Positions 48,322 through 57,225 of a stretch of DNA of 64,000 nucleotides are shown here, piece by piece. The first letter of the stretch is position 1. Every line of letters starts with the position of its first letter. Position numbers and translations under genes: made by a program. The notes below the pieces were generated by a model. The model had not been told where the DNA came from. It worked only from the letters and a program-made list of their open reading frames with translations, and made no database searches. Source of the DNA: Thermoplasmata archaeon (GTDB lineage Archaea; Thermoplasmatota; Thermoplasmata; Lutacidiplasmatales; UBA184); assembly GCA_049285595.1 (NCBI GenBank), contig JBAQAF010000015.1:30733-94732 (forward strand). Direction: 5' to 3'.

Positions 48322-49449
48322 ATGCTGCCAGCGTACCCGGAGTCCCTGCGGAGAGCGTTCGCCCGAAACGTGCTGCGCAATACGCTCCGGCTCACGCGCG
48401 GCGAGAACGTCCTGATCGAGACCTGGAGCGCTACCCTCCCCTGGGCGGTCAGTCTCGAACTTGAGGCACGCCTCCTCGGCGCTCGACCGCTCGTCTCTGT
48501 CAAGGACGAAGCGTCTTACTGGCGGAGCGTTTCGGACGCCCCGGCCAGCCAGCTCGGGAGGGTCGGCACTCACGAGTGGGCGGCGCTGAAAGCCTCGGAC
48601 GCGTACGTTTACCTCTACGGACCGGCGGACGCACTTCGTGAGGAGTCGCTCCCTGCAATCGCCGCCCGCCGAGCTCAGTCGAACAACCACGAACTGATGC
48701 GGGTGATTCAGAAGTGCGGCGTTCGATCCGTCCGATGGGACCTCGGTCGCACGAGTGAACTCTGGGCCCGACGCTACCACGTCAACCTGCGAAAGTGGCG
48801 TAATGAGCTCATCTCCGCGGCGATTGTGGACCCGCGGGGAATGCAGCAAGACGGCTCCCGCATCGCGAAGCGACTCTTGCGCGGGAAGGAGGTGACGATC
48901 TCCCACGACAACGGTACGGATCTGACTCTACGGCTCGCCCACCGGCTCCCGAAGGTCGATGACGGAGTGATTGACGAGAAGGACATGAGCTCCGGAAATG
49001 TGATGCTCGTGGTACCCGCTGGTGTCGTAAGTGCGACCGTGGACGAGCTGTACGCGGAGGGTCGCCTTGTTGCGAATGCCACCGGAGTGTTGTTTGTCCA
49101 CGGGAAAGAGATCCCGCTATCCCTCGGAAGGTGGACATTCCGACACGGAGCTCTTGAGGATTTTACTTGCCCACAGGGAGGAAGGCAATTCCGTCGGGAA
49201 CTCGACACCCTCGGGAACCCTCGAGTACGGGCGGGCCAACTCTCAATCGGTCTCAACCCCCGTATCTCGTCGATCCCGCTCCTGTTCGACCAAGCGCGGG
49301 GAACCATCACCTTCATGATCGGGCGCAATGCTCAGATGGGGGGGCGGAGCCGAGCCCCTCATCTTTTTGCCTACCTGGATCTGGTAGGGGGCAGCCTCCT
49401 GATCGACGGGGAACCGATTGTAGAGCACGGCCGCATTGCGGCGAAGTAG
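48322..49449 (+). CDS. M29-family (aminopeptidase T/PepS-like) aminopeptidase
   Basis: 375 aa. N-terminal LRNTLRLTRGENVLIE, and C-terminal TFMIGRNAQMGGRSRAPHLFAYLDLVGGSLLIDGEPIVEHGRI, fit the M29 architecture. Confidence 0.55.
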   Translation: MLPAYPESLRRAFARNVLRNTLRLTRGENVLIETWSATLPWAVSLELEARLLGARPLVSVKDEASYWRSVSDAPASQLGRVGTHEWAALKASDAYVYLYGPADALREESLPAIAARRAQSNNHELMRVIQKCGVRSVRWDLGRTSELWARRYHVNLRKWRNELISAAIVDPRGMQQDGSRIAKRLLRGKEVTISHDNGTDLTLRLAHRLPKVDDGVIDEKDMSSGNVMLVVPAGVVSATVDELYAEGRLVANATGVLFVHGKEIPLSLGRWTFRHGALEDFTCPQGGRQFRRELDTLGNPRVRAGQLSIGLNPRISSIPLLFDQARGTITFMIGRNAQMGGRSRAPHLFAYLDLVGGSLLIDGEPIVEHGRIAAK

Positions 49450-49676
49450 CTGTTCCGTGACGTGACCTTTCAACCCCCGTCAGCGCGGTCACCCCGGCAC
49501 TCTAACGAGCGTGAAACGCCGCCCACGTTAGCCCGTTGCGAATCACTGTCTGCCCCTGGGCCGGAGAGCCCCTCGTTGAGCCACCGACGTATTAGCATTC
49601 TAAACTTTACATATCACCGCCATTTAGTCGTCTAAATTTGCCACTGATTAAGTAGTCTGCGAACCTCTTGACTGTC

Positions 49677-50012
49677 ATGCACGGCGGGACCAGGAACGTC
49701 CCTGATTCTCGGAGCGACGAGAACGGGCCGGTTTACTCCCCGAGCCCGGACCGAGGTCCCGCCGTGATCTTTGAGCTGCCGGTGTCCCGCATCGCGCCGG
49801 CGACTCCATGGGTCGCCTTCGCACCGGTCGAAGCGGTCCCGGCCGAAGCGCCGGAAGCCCCGGCCTCAACGGCCGAGCGACGCCGTTACCTTGCGCGTCG
49901 TCTCTCTCGTTTCGATATGGGTGGAGGGAACGGCGATCCACGGGAGTCTCCTCCAGAATCCGTGACGGCGGGGCCTGACGCGATCCTCGGCCCCGAGCCG
50001 GATGGTCGATAG
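49677..50012 (+). CDS. Hypothetical low-complexity ORF (uncertain)
   Basis: ATG preceded by an AT-rich stretch with the palindrome ATTTAGtcgtCTAAAT (49622-49637). The product is Pro/Ala-rich and unassigned. Confidence 0.2.
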   Translation: MHGGTRNVPDSRSDENGPVYSPSPDRGPAVIFELPVSRIAPATPWVAFAPVEAVPAEAPEAPASTAERRRYLARRLSRFDMGGGNGDPRESPPESVTAGPDAILGPEPDGR

Positions 50013-50033
50013 GCGCACGGGAAGCCCCTCGGA

Positions 50034-50867
50034 CTAGGAGGCAGCGCCGCCCGTCCGCCCCGTCGTATGGGCGATGATCGACTTCGCCACGTACAAGCCT
50101 CGATCGGTTCGCGGCTTTGCGTAGAATCCGCTAGGAATCAACTGCACTTGCATCCCCGCGGCTCGGAAAGCGCGGGTCGTGGCCGCGACCGAGAAGAGCC
50201 CCATGTCGTGCCGTTCTCTCCAGTGCCGTAGATGGCCTCGTGACGCTACAAGGTAGTGCATCTCCATGACCGAACGACCGCGGAGTGTCTTCGAAGAATT
50301 CATCCGGGCGATCGGATCCTCGTCGGAGGGGACGGTCCAGAGATGGACCGAACCAGGACGCCACGCGGAAGGGGTGAGCCACGGCTCCACGAGAAGAATC
50401 CCTCCGGGAGCGAGGTGCCGGGCGAACGTACGCAGCGTCGCGCGCAGGGCCGCCTCGGTTCGGACATAACCGATCGCTGAGAACAGGCATGTTACTACGT
50501 CGAAGCGACGGCCCACGTCGAACTCGGGCATGCGGCCCCGGAAGAAGCGAGCGGTCGGTACCCGGGACCGAGCGACCGACAGCATTGCGCCGCTCTCGTC
50601 GAGCCCGACGCAGTCGAACGTTCGGGAAAGGTAACGTAGGTGGGCGCCGGTCCCGCAGGCCACGTCGAGCCACCTCCGAGGGCGGGGAGGTCCGTACTTC
50701 CGTACGACGGAACGGAGAATCCGTGCCTCCTTCGCGTAGTCCTTCCACGAGTAGACTCGGTCGTAGATCTTCGCGAGCTCGGTATAGGGAATCTCCCCGC
50801 GGCTGCTCTGCGTCGACCCTTCTGACGCGTGCGACAGGGGACGGCGATGTTTCGGGAGGGGGGTCAT
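50034..50867 (-). CDS. Class I SAM-dependent methyltransferase
   Basis: WLDVACGTGAHLRYLSRTFDCVGLDESGAMLSVARSRVP ... FDVVTCLFSAIGYV ... LAPGGILLVEPW. Confidence 0.65.
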   Translation of the reverse strand: MTPLPKHRRPLSHASEGSTQSSRGEIPYTELAKIYDRVYSWKDYAKEARILRSVVRKYGPPRPRRWLDVACGTGAHLRYLSRTFDCVGLDESGAMLSVARSRVPTARFFRGRMPEFDVGRRFDVVTCLFSAIGYVRTEAALRATLRTFARHLAPGGILLVEPWLTPSAWRPGSVHLWTVPSDEDPIARMNSSKTLRGRSVMEMHYLVASRGHLRHWRERHDMGLFSVAATTRAFRAAGMQVQLIPSGFYAKPRTDRGLYVAKSIIAHTTGRTGGAAS

Positions 50868-50886
50868 CTTGTGGGACCAGCGCTGG

Positions 50887-51522
50887 CTACGCGCCGAGAC
50901 GACCGATGCGTCGGGCCCATGCGGCTAGGGGGTGCAAAGAGGTCGGGATTCGTCCTCCGACCGTCCACCATGGGGAGAGGGATCCGTAGATTCCGAAGTC
51001 CGCGATGGACGCTTCATCCAGGATCCACTCCCGCCCGACCAGCAGGTCGTTCACCAGCCCGAGGTACGGTGCGAGCTCCCGGCGAAACTCCGCCTCGCGC
51101 TGGCGCAGTATGTGCCACGGACCTCGCGCCCGGGTCTGCATCTCCTCGAAGACCCACCGTTCGTGCTCCGTCTTGAGGAGAGGAGGTACCCGGGTCACGA
51201 CGGCCCGCCAGACTCGTTCCTCGAGGACTTGGTGTCCCCAGTTCTCGAGCGCGCGCGCAAGGGCCCGGCGCCCCGAGGGATAGAGCGTGGGCTCGGGGAC
51301 CTGACGTTCGAGGAACTCGGGGATATTTGTCCACGAGACGACCCGGCCGTTCCACAGGAGGGTCGGAACGTAGTCCTGCCCGGTCCGGCGGAGCAGGGCT
51401 TCCCGATCGTGGTACGGAGCGTAGATCGACCGCCAGCGGATCCCTTTGAAGGCGAGCATCCGCTCGACCGAGACACAGTAGTGACTGATCGGAAGGCTGT
51501 ACAGCTCGACCCGATCGCTCAT
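50887..51522 (-). CDS. Glutathione S-transferase-family protein
   Basis: N-terminal thioredoxin-like half (VELYSLPISHYCVSVERMLAFKGI ... VPTL) and an all-helical C-terminal half of GST length. Confidence 0.55.
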   Translation of the reverse strand: MSDRVELYSLPISHYCVSVERMLAFKGIRWRSIYAPYHDREALLRRTGQDYVPTLLWNGRVVSWTNIPEFLERQVPEPTLYPSGRRALARALENWGHQVLEERVWRAVVTRVPPLLKTEHERWVFEEMQTRARGPWHILRQREAEFRRELAPYLGLVNDLLVGREWILDEASIADFGIYGSLSPWWTVGGRIPTSLHPLAAWARRIGRLGA

Positions 51523-51606
51523 CGCCCAAGGCAGCGCCCGGGGGTCAAGAACGTTGCCGAACGTAGGTCGAAGGATTCAAGGCGCCCGGACCGTTCGTTG
51601 TGTCGC

Positions 51607-51969
51607 ATGCCGGGAGCGCGCGCCCGGAAGCCTCCGCCGCGCCCCGTCGCGGTCTCCTCCATCGCGCGGGCGGCGTCGCGAACCGTGCGATCGATCGGAG
51701 CCGACCTGCGGCTCGAACGTCATTGGGGGACCCCGTGGTACGTCGGCACGGACCTGGTCTGCGCGGTCCAGGAATTCTCCCGCCACGTAGGGATCGAGTT
51801 CTGGCGGGGTTCCGCGCTCGCCGATCCGAAGGGCCTGCTCGAAGGCACAGGGAAGAATCTTCGTCACGTGAAGCTGACGACCCTCTCCGCCGCGAGCGCT
51901 CCCGCCTTCCGGACCCTGCTCCGATCGGCGATCCGTCTCGACCTCACGAGCCCAACGCGGACCCGATAG
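51607..51969 (+). CDS. DUF1801 (YdhG-like) family protein
   Basis: ERHWGTPWYVGTDLVCAVQEFSRHVGIEFWRGSALADPKGLLEGTGKNLRHVKL matches the DUF1801 C-terminal pattern. ATG at 51607 lies inside a longer antisense-overlapping ORF (50932..). Confidence 0.5.
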   Translation: MPGARARKPPPRPVAVSSIARAASRTVRSIGADLRLERHWGTPWYVGTDLVCAVQEFSRHVGIEFWRGSALADPKGLLEGTGKNLRHVKLTTLSAASAPAFRTLLRSAIRLDLTSPTRTR

Positions 51970-51984
51970 CTCCTCAATCCAGGC

Positions 51985-53001
51985 CTAGGCCGACGGGGCG
52001 GTCTCGCCCCGAGGATCGAGTCGGATCACCGTCTTTCCCGAGAGACGGCCGGCGCGCCCTTCGACGACAGCGGCCGGGGCCGCCGATAGGTCGATCACTC
52101 GCTCCATCGGAACGCGGATCCGGCCCCCCGCGACGAGCGCCGCGAGGCGCTCCAGCAACTCCGAGCGCGGCTCTAGGTCGATGTTCACGGTCCGGACCCC
52201 CGCGACAGGTCCCGCGGCGTGGACCGTCGTCGCGGCGATCCCCCCCGGCCGGACGGTCGCCGCCCATCGGGCGAAGGTTGGAGCGTCGCTGACCAGGTCG
52301 AGGAGCCCGTCGATCCCGGCCGGCCGGATCGCTCGGAGCGCCGCCTGCGGCTCGGGCGACGAGGGATCGATCGTCTCCGTCGCGCCGATGGAGCGGAGTC
52401 GCTCGTGCGAACTCGATCGGGCGACCGCGATGACCCGGACTCCCGCATCGGCGGCTAAGGGGACGGCGAACGAACCAATGCCCCCGGAAGCACCCACCAC
52501 GACCAGCGACTTGCCCGACGAGAGACCGAGCCTGTCAAGCGCCTCTAGCGCGGTCATCCCGGAAGTCGGAAGCGCGGACGCCTCCCAGCTCGAGATGCTC
52601 GACGGGATCCGGCCGATCGCCTTCGACTCCGGTACGAGCGCGCTCTCGGCGTACGTGCCGCGTCCGACCGGATCGTGCAGGAATTGTCCGAAGACCCGAT
52701 CGCCCACTCGAAACCGAGCGACGCCCGGACCGACCGCGTCGATCGTGCCCGCACCGTCCACGCCGAGGATGAGCGGGAACACGTGGGGTCGACTCCCTTT
52801 CAGGACCCCGTCGGCGATCTTCCAGTCGAACGGGTTGATCCCGGCGCCCTCCATTCGAACGCGGACCTCCCCTGCGCCGGGCGTCGGGAGCGGGAGCTCC
52901 AAGACCGCCGGCACGGCTCCGAATTCCCTCACCGCGACCGCTTGCATCGGAAGGCCGTAGGGCCGCGCTGGGTATGAGCCCTCGGCGCCCGAGGAAAGCA
53001 A
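51985..53001 (-). CDS. Zinc-independent MDR-family NADPH:quinone oxidoreductase
   Basis: Rossmann motif VVGASGGIGSFAVPLA, an N-terminal GroES-like domain, and no structural-zinc cysteines. Confidence 0.7.
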   Translation of the reverse strand: MLSSGAEGSYPARPYGLPMQAVAVREFGAVPAVLELPLPTPGAGEVRVRMEGAGINPFDWKIADGVLKGSRPHVFPLILGVDGAGTIDAVGPGVARFRVGDRVFGQFLHDPVGRGTYAESALVPESKAIGRIPSSISSWEASALPTSGMTALEALDRLGLSSGKSLVVVGASGGIGSFAVPLAADAGVRVIAVARSSSHERLRSIGATETIDPSSPEPQAALRAIRPAGIDGLLDLVSDAPTFARWAATVRPGGIAATTVHAAGPVAGVRTVNIDLEPRSELLERLAALVAGGRIRVPMERVIDLSAAPAAVVEGRAGRLSGKTVIRLDPRGETAPSA

Positions 53002-53038
53002 CCCGTATTATCCCCGAGCCTCTCCCGAGAAACCGTCG

Positions 53039-53494
53039 ATGATGGACCGGGAGTTCCCCCCGACCCCCCTTCAGGCCCGGTTGACCGTCGGGAGCCTCGC
53101 CGCCGCTGGGGTGATCGGCCTCCTCTTGTTCGGCGGACTGATCCCGGGCCTCCACCCGAACTACACTCCGAGCCCGTACGCCACGATCGATGGACGGACG
53201 TACGTTTGGTCGGCCGTTACCGTTCCGATCCCGTGGCTCGGGGGCACCCGTACCCCCCCCGTCCCCGAGGTGTTCCACAACGTGACGTTCACCACCTGGG
53301 TCACGAACTGGTCGCTCCTCGGCGGAACGTACCTCCACGGTACGGCCGACGAGCAGAACGGAACGCTCTACTCGTTCTCTCTGGGGGGCTACGCCTACGA
53401 CACGAACTGGACCTCACGGTACCTCGCTCCCGGGGGAGCGGTGGCCGTCGATTGGTCCGGGGGCCTGACCGCCTACCTCTACGTCCTGAGCTAG
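53039..53494 (+). CDS. Membrane-anchored hypothetical protein with N-glycosylation sequons
   Basis: N-terminal TM helix, then an extracytoplasmic region with NVT, NWS, NGT and NWT sequons. Confidence 0.35.
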   Translation: MMDREFPPTPLQARLTVGSLAAAGVIGLLLFGGLIPGLHPNYTPSPYATIDGRTYVWSAVTVPIPWLGGTRTPPVPEVFHNVTFTTWVTNWSLLGGTYLHGTADEQNGTLYSFSLGGYAYDTNWTSRYLAPGGAVAVDWSGGLTAYLYVLS

Positions 53495-53569
53495 GAGCTC
53501 GGCGACCGTGACCGCTCGCGCTGAGCTCAGATTTCCCCGGGGCGGCGCACCGGGGGCGGGGGCCGCCCC

Positions 53570-54265
53570 GTGCCGCTGAGCTCCGCCCCCGCGCCTCCGT
53601 CCGAGCGACGGGCCGTCGAGGGGCTCGACGGGAGCGGCACCGATCTCGGTCGACTCCTCAGCCTGAGCGACGGGGTCTTCGCGTTCGCCCTAACGTTCCT
53701 GGTCGTCAGTCTTCTCCTTCCCGCGCCGGGAACGACCACCGTTCCGTCCCTCAACAGCCTCCTCTCCCGGCTCGAGCCAGGGTTCCTCGCCTACGCGCTC
53801 TCGTTCTTTGTCATCGCGACGTGGTGGGACTCCCACCACCGGCTCTTCTCCCCGATCGTTCGCTACGACGCCACCCTCGTCCGCCTCAACAACTTCTTCC
53901 TGCTCGTCATTTCGATCACCCCGTTCCTCGTCGACCTATTGTTCGAGTACGGGCCCGGGAACGGGAGTCCGATCCAGTCGACGCAGGTCGCGATCGTCCT
54001 GTATGCCGGCGTCCAGGCGCTCGGCGGTCTCGACCTGCTAGTGATCTGGAGACATGCGACGCACGGCCATCGCCTGGTCGACCCGAGCCTTCCGGAGGAA
54101 TGGATCCGCGGGATGGAGCTGAATCAGGCGGCGGTCGTGGCGGTATTCCTCGTGTCGATGGCCGTCGCGCTCCTTTCGCCGATCACCGCGGAGCTCGTCT
54201 GGATCGTGATGGTGTTCGTCCGTATCCACCGCCGGACCCCGCGCCCGGTCCGAACCGCGCCGTGA
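53570..54265 (+). CDS. TMEM175/DUF1211-family putative K+ channel
   Basis: RLLSLSDGVFAFALTFLV at the first TM helix is the family signature. About 6 TM segments. Confidence 0.55.
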   Translation: MPLSSAPAPPSERRAVEGLDGSGTDLGRLLSLSDGVFAFALTFLVVSLLLPAPGTTTVPSLNSLLSRLEPGFLAYALSFFVIATWWDSHHRLFSPIVRYDATLVRLNNFFLLVISITPFLVDLLFEYGPGNGSPIQSTQVAIVLYAGVQALGGLDLLVIWRHATHGHRLVDPSLPEEWIRGMELNQAAVVAVFLVSMAVALLSPITAELVWIVMVFVRIHRRTPRPVRTAP

Positions 54266-54287
54266 TCGGACCGGCCTCTCCGCGGCC

Positions 54288-54827
54288 CTAGATCGATTCG
54301 AGCTTCGCCTCGCGGGAAAGCATCCGATTCACGTCGTCCATCGACTCGGGCGGAACGCCCACAGGGGAGCCGATCTCGGCGCGATCGATCTCGCGCAGGC
54401 GATCGTACAGCCATTCGTACTCGTGGAAGATCAGCGGGTCGCTCAGGTCGGAGCGAAGCCGGGCGACGAGGTCGACAGGGTGCCGGATCGCGAGCCAGTA
54501 CGTGGTCGCCCAGGTCCCGAACGCCTCCCACACCAGGTCGTCGTCCAGCACCTTGCGGTGAGTCAGCGTCCCGACCAGTTCGAAGAACGTGATGACCTCC
54601 ATGCTCGCGATGTCGTGATGCTCCTGCTTGATGAGGCGTTCGCTGAGGTGGCGCCGCGCGGAACGCATCCGGCTCCCGTCGAACCGCTCCCGCAGCGCCA
54701 TCACCGCGTTCGCGGAGTTGAGGATCCGGCTCGTGCGCGTCTGCCAGTACATCAGAACCAGCGTGCCGATGACCAGAGCCCAGGTCCCGATCAGCGACCA
54801 GATGGCGAGGCTCGTCCAGTCGGTCAT
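54288..54827 (-). CDS. Hypothetical N-terminally membrane-anchored protein
   Basis: One N-terminal TM helix followed by a 150-aa helical domain. Unassigned. Confidence 0.35.
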   Translation of the reverse strand: MTDWTSLAIWSLIGTWALVIGTLVLMYWQTRTSRILNSANAVMALRERFDGSRMRSARRHLSERLIKQEHHDIASMEVITFFELVGTLTHRKVLDDDLVWEAFGTWATTYWLAIRHPVDLVARLRSDLSDPLIFHEYEWLYDRLREIDRAEIGSPVGVPPESMDDVNRMLSREAKLESI

Positions 54828-54895
54828 GTCGATCGGGGTGCTCCCGTACGATGCGGCACGGATCGGAGGGGCCAGGCGTTTAGGGGCTTATCGCG

Positions 54896-55180
54896 TTGGG
54901 GGACCGTCTCTCGGTTCCCCGAAAGGAGGATAGCGAACCGACCTATCCGGTCCTCGTGCCGTTCGTCGAGTACTCGGAGTACGAGGCGATCTGTCCGCAC
55001 TGCGGGGCGGCGTTCCGATCTTCGGAGGTCCTCGAGGAGCACGTCCGCGACTCCCATTCGACCCCGGGGTCGGAGGCCGCTCCGCCCGGCCCGAGCGCGG
55101 TGCGCTGTTCGGTTTGCGGCGCGCGGCTTCCGTCGGTCGCCGCGCTCCAGCGTCATAACCGCCACGAGCACGTGGGATAG
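54896..55180 (+). CDS. Small protein with two C2H2-type zinc fingers
   Basis: CPHCGAAFRSSEVLEEHVRDSH and CSVCGARLPSVAALQRHNRHEH. Confidence 0.5.
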   Translation: MGDRLSVPRKEDSEPTYPVLVPFVEYSEYEAICPHCGAAFRSSEVLEEHVRDSHSTPGSEAAPPGPSAVRCSVCGARLPSVAALQRHNRHEHVG

Positions 55181-55197
55181 AGCGTACGCGCCCCGGC

Positions 55198-55908
55198 TCA
55201 GCGAGGGAGTTCCTCGATCGGAACGAACGGCTCGTCCGTCTGCTCGTCGTCGAGCCAGTGTCCCATCTTGCGCCGCTTCGTCTCGAGATACTGGCGGTTC
55301 CGGTCGTTCGGCGGGATCACGAGCGGGATCCGCCCCACGATCTCTACGCCGTGCCGGCGCAGGTCCTCGACCTTCGCCGGATTGTTCGTCATGATCTCGA
55401 TCGATTGGATGTGGAGGGAGGCGAGCATGTGGGCCGCGAACCCGTAGTCCCGCTCGTCCGGCCGGAACCCGAGCGCTTCGTTCGCCTGGACCGTGTCGTA
55501 CCCCTGGTCCTGGAGCTGGTAGGCGCGGATCTTGTTGGCGAAGCCGATCCCCCGGCCTTCCTGCCGCAGGTACAGCACCACGCCCATCTCCTCCTTCGCG
55601 ATCCGGTCGAGCGAAGCGATCAGTTGGTCCCGGCAGTCGCAGCGGAGCGACCCGATCGCGTCGCCGGTGAGGCACTCCGAGTGGATGCGGACCATGACCC
55701 GCTCCCGCCCGAAGATGTTCCCGTGGATGAACGCCGCGTGGTCGCGCCGGTCGTGGTTGTTCCAGAAGGCGGCGACCTGGTACGACCCGAACCGGGTCGG
55801 AAGGTCCGCGACCGCGACGAGCTTCGTGCAGATCTCGGGCGACTCGAGGCACTCGTGGGTCCGCGCCTCTTCGAGCAGCCGGGAGACGATCTCCGGAGGG
55901 AGTCCCAT
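55198..55908 (-). CDS. ribA: GTP cyclohydrolase II
   Basis: VRIHSECLTGDAIGSLRCDCRDQL (zinc-binding Cys triad) ... LYLRQEGRGIG ... YQLQDQGYDTVQAN ... IEIMTNNPAKV. Confidence 0.75.
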   Translation of the reverse strand: MGLPPEIVSRLLEEARTHECLESPEICTKLVAVADLPTRFGSYQVAAFWNNHDRRDHAAFIHGNIFGRERVMVRIHSECLTGDAIGSLRCDCRDQLIASLDRIAKEEMGVVLYLRQEGRGIGFANKIRAYQLQDQGYDTVQANEALGFRPDERDYGFAAHMLASLHIQSIEIMTNNPAKVEDLRRHGVEIVGRIPLVIPPNDRNRQYLETKRRKMGHWLDDEQTDEPFVPIEELPR

Positions 55909-56083
55909 TGACGAGCGGAGCCGCGACCCCGAATTAAGCCGTCGCTAACGGACAGGCTACTACGGGCGCGGCTACGAACGGCTCCTCCGCGGCACGGGCC
56001 GGGCGGGGCGGGGCCGTGCGGGTCGCAGGCCGGTTCCCCGTCGAAGGGAATCGTTAGGTAGAGACCGACCGCTAGAACGGCCC

Positions 56084-56551
56084 GTGCCGCACATCGCCTG
56101 GGCGACCCAGCGAGGCGCCTCGCTCGCGGGATTCTTCCTGGCGGCCGTGACGTTCGGGCTCGGGGCGGCGGTCGTCGACACCGCGCGCAGCGGTTCCCCG
56201 CACTACTACGTCGGCTGGCTGATCCTCGCTCTCGGGGTCATGGTCCTGCTGCTCGTCTCCACCCAGGCGATCTTCCGGCCGTATTCCGCATTCGCGATCG
56301 CGTTCCTGGTGGAGGTCTACGGCTGGTGGAACGTCTTCTGGGCGATCGGCGATTGGTACCTCTGCCGAGGCTGCTCGTTCCTCCCATCGGTGAGCCTGAT
56401 CAATCTTCGCGGGATCTGGCCGTATGGCGACGGGGTGGTCGTCCTCCCATTCTGGCTGTTCGCAGTCACCAGCTTCGGAGCGATCGTGCTGCCGATCGCC
56501 GGCGCGGCCGGGGCGATGACACCCGTCTCGAGAGCCCGAGGGTCCCCGTGA
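56084..56551 (+). CDS. Hypothetical 4-TM membrane protein
   Basis: 155 aa, hydrophobic. Confidence 0.35.
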   Translation: MPHIAWATQRGASLAGFFLAAVTFGLGAAVVDTARSGSPHYYVGWLILALGVMVLLLVSTQAIFRPYSAFAIAFLVEVYGWWNVFWAIGDWYLCRGCSFLPSVSLINLRGIWPYGDGVVVLPFWLFAVTSFGAIVLPIAGAAGAMTPVSRARGSP

Positions 56552-56558
56552 CGGAGAC

Positions 56559-57116
56559 CTACCGGTCGGCCGCCGCGGTGGGCGGGGAACTCCCGCGCTC
56601 CGAGGGGGCGGGGGAGTCGGGAGACCCGAGGCGTACTCCGAGGAGGACCTCTCCCGGGACGATCCGCATGCGACTGCGGTATCCCCAGGCCCCCAGTCCC
56701 CCGTCCCGGAATCCCGGCTCGTCTCGTTCGACCAATCGGAACCCCCGTGAACGGAACAGCCGGAGCGACGGGACGTTCCCCTCCTCGCAGGCGGCGTAGG
56801 CAACGACCGCCCTCGCCTGACGGAACCGAGCCAACGCGTCGTCCAAGAGCACGCCAGCGAGTCGGTGACCTCGGTGCGCGGTGGCGACGAAGAGGTAGTA
56901 GACGTAAGCGACCTCGGGCGCGAGCAGCTCCGTCATGGCGACCCCCGCGACGGCGCCATCGATCTCGATCGCCCGGACGCTCGCGATGTCGCGGAGCGTC
57001 CGCTTGGCGTGCCAACGGTAGATCCCGGTGAACGATTGCTTGAGGGCGTCGATCGCCCGGTCTCGGGAAGGACCCATGAGATCGACCATCGCGGGTCGGG
57101 GGGCGGAGGTCCCGCT
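56559..57116 (-). CDS. GNAT-family N-acetyltransferase
   Basis: YLFVATAHRGHRLAGVLLDDA ... LRLFRSRGFR. Start set at an internal ATG; the ORF is open to 57476 through Arg/Pro-rich sequence. Confidence 0.55.
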   Translation of the reverse strand, partial: SGTSAPRPAMVDLMGPSRDRAIDALKQSFTGIYRWHAKRTLRDIASVRAIEIDGAVAGVAMTELLAPEVAYVYYLFVATAHRGHRLAGVLLDDALARFRQARAVVAYAACEEGNVPSLRLFRSRGFRLVERDEPGFRDGGLGAWGYRSRMRIVPGEVLLGVRLGSPDSPAPSERGSSPPTAAADR

Positions 57117-57225
57117 CATCGTCCGGCCCTGGGTCCGGGCCGCGAACCCGCGAGGAATCCGTTCATCTCCGTGCCCCCGGACCGCCCGGGCCCCGACCCG
57201 ATCCCCGCTTCGCCCCCACGCCGCT

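Noticed and set aside
49469-49480. Degenerate copy of the tRNA-Ala 3' end as an attR
   Set aside because: Only about a 12-nt imperfect match in a GC-rich background. It could be chance. Retained only as weak supporting evidence for the islet, not as a feature.
51577-51867. 96-aa minus-strand ORF between GST and the quinone reductase
   Set aside because: Its first 40 residues look protein-like, but the remainder is Arg-rich junk. The plus-strand DUF1801 frame explains the region better.
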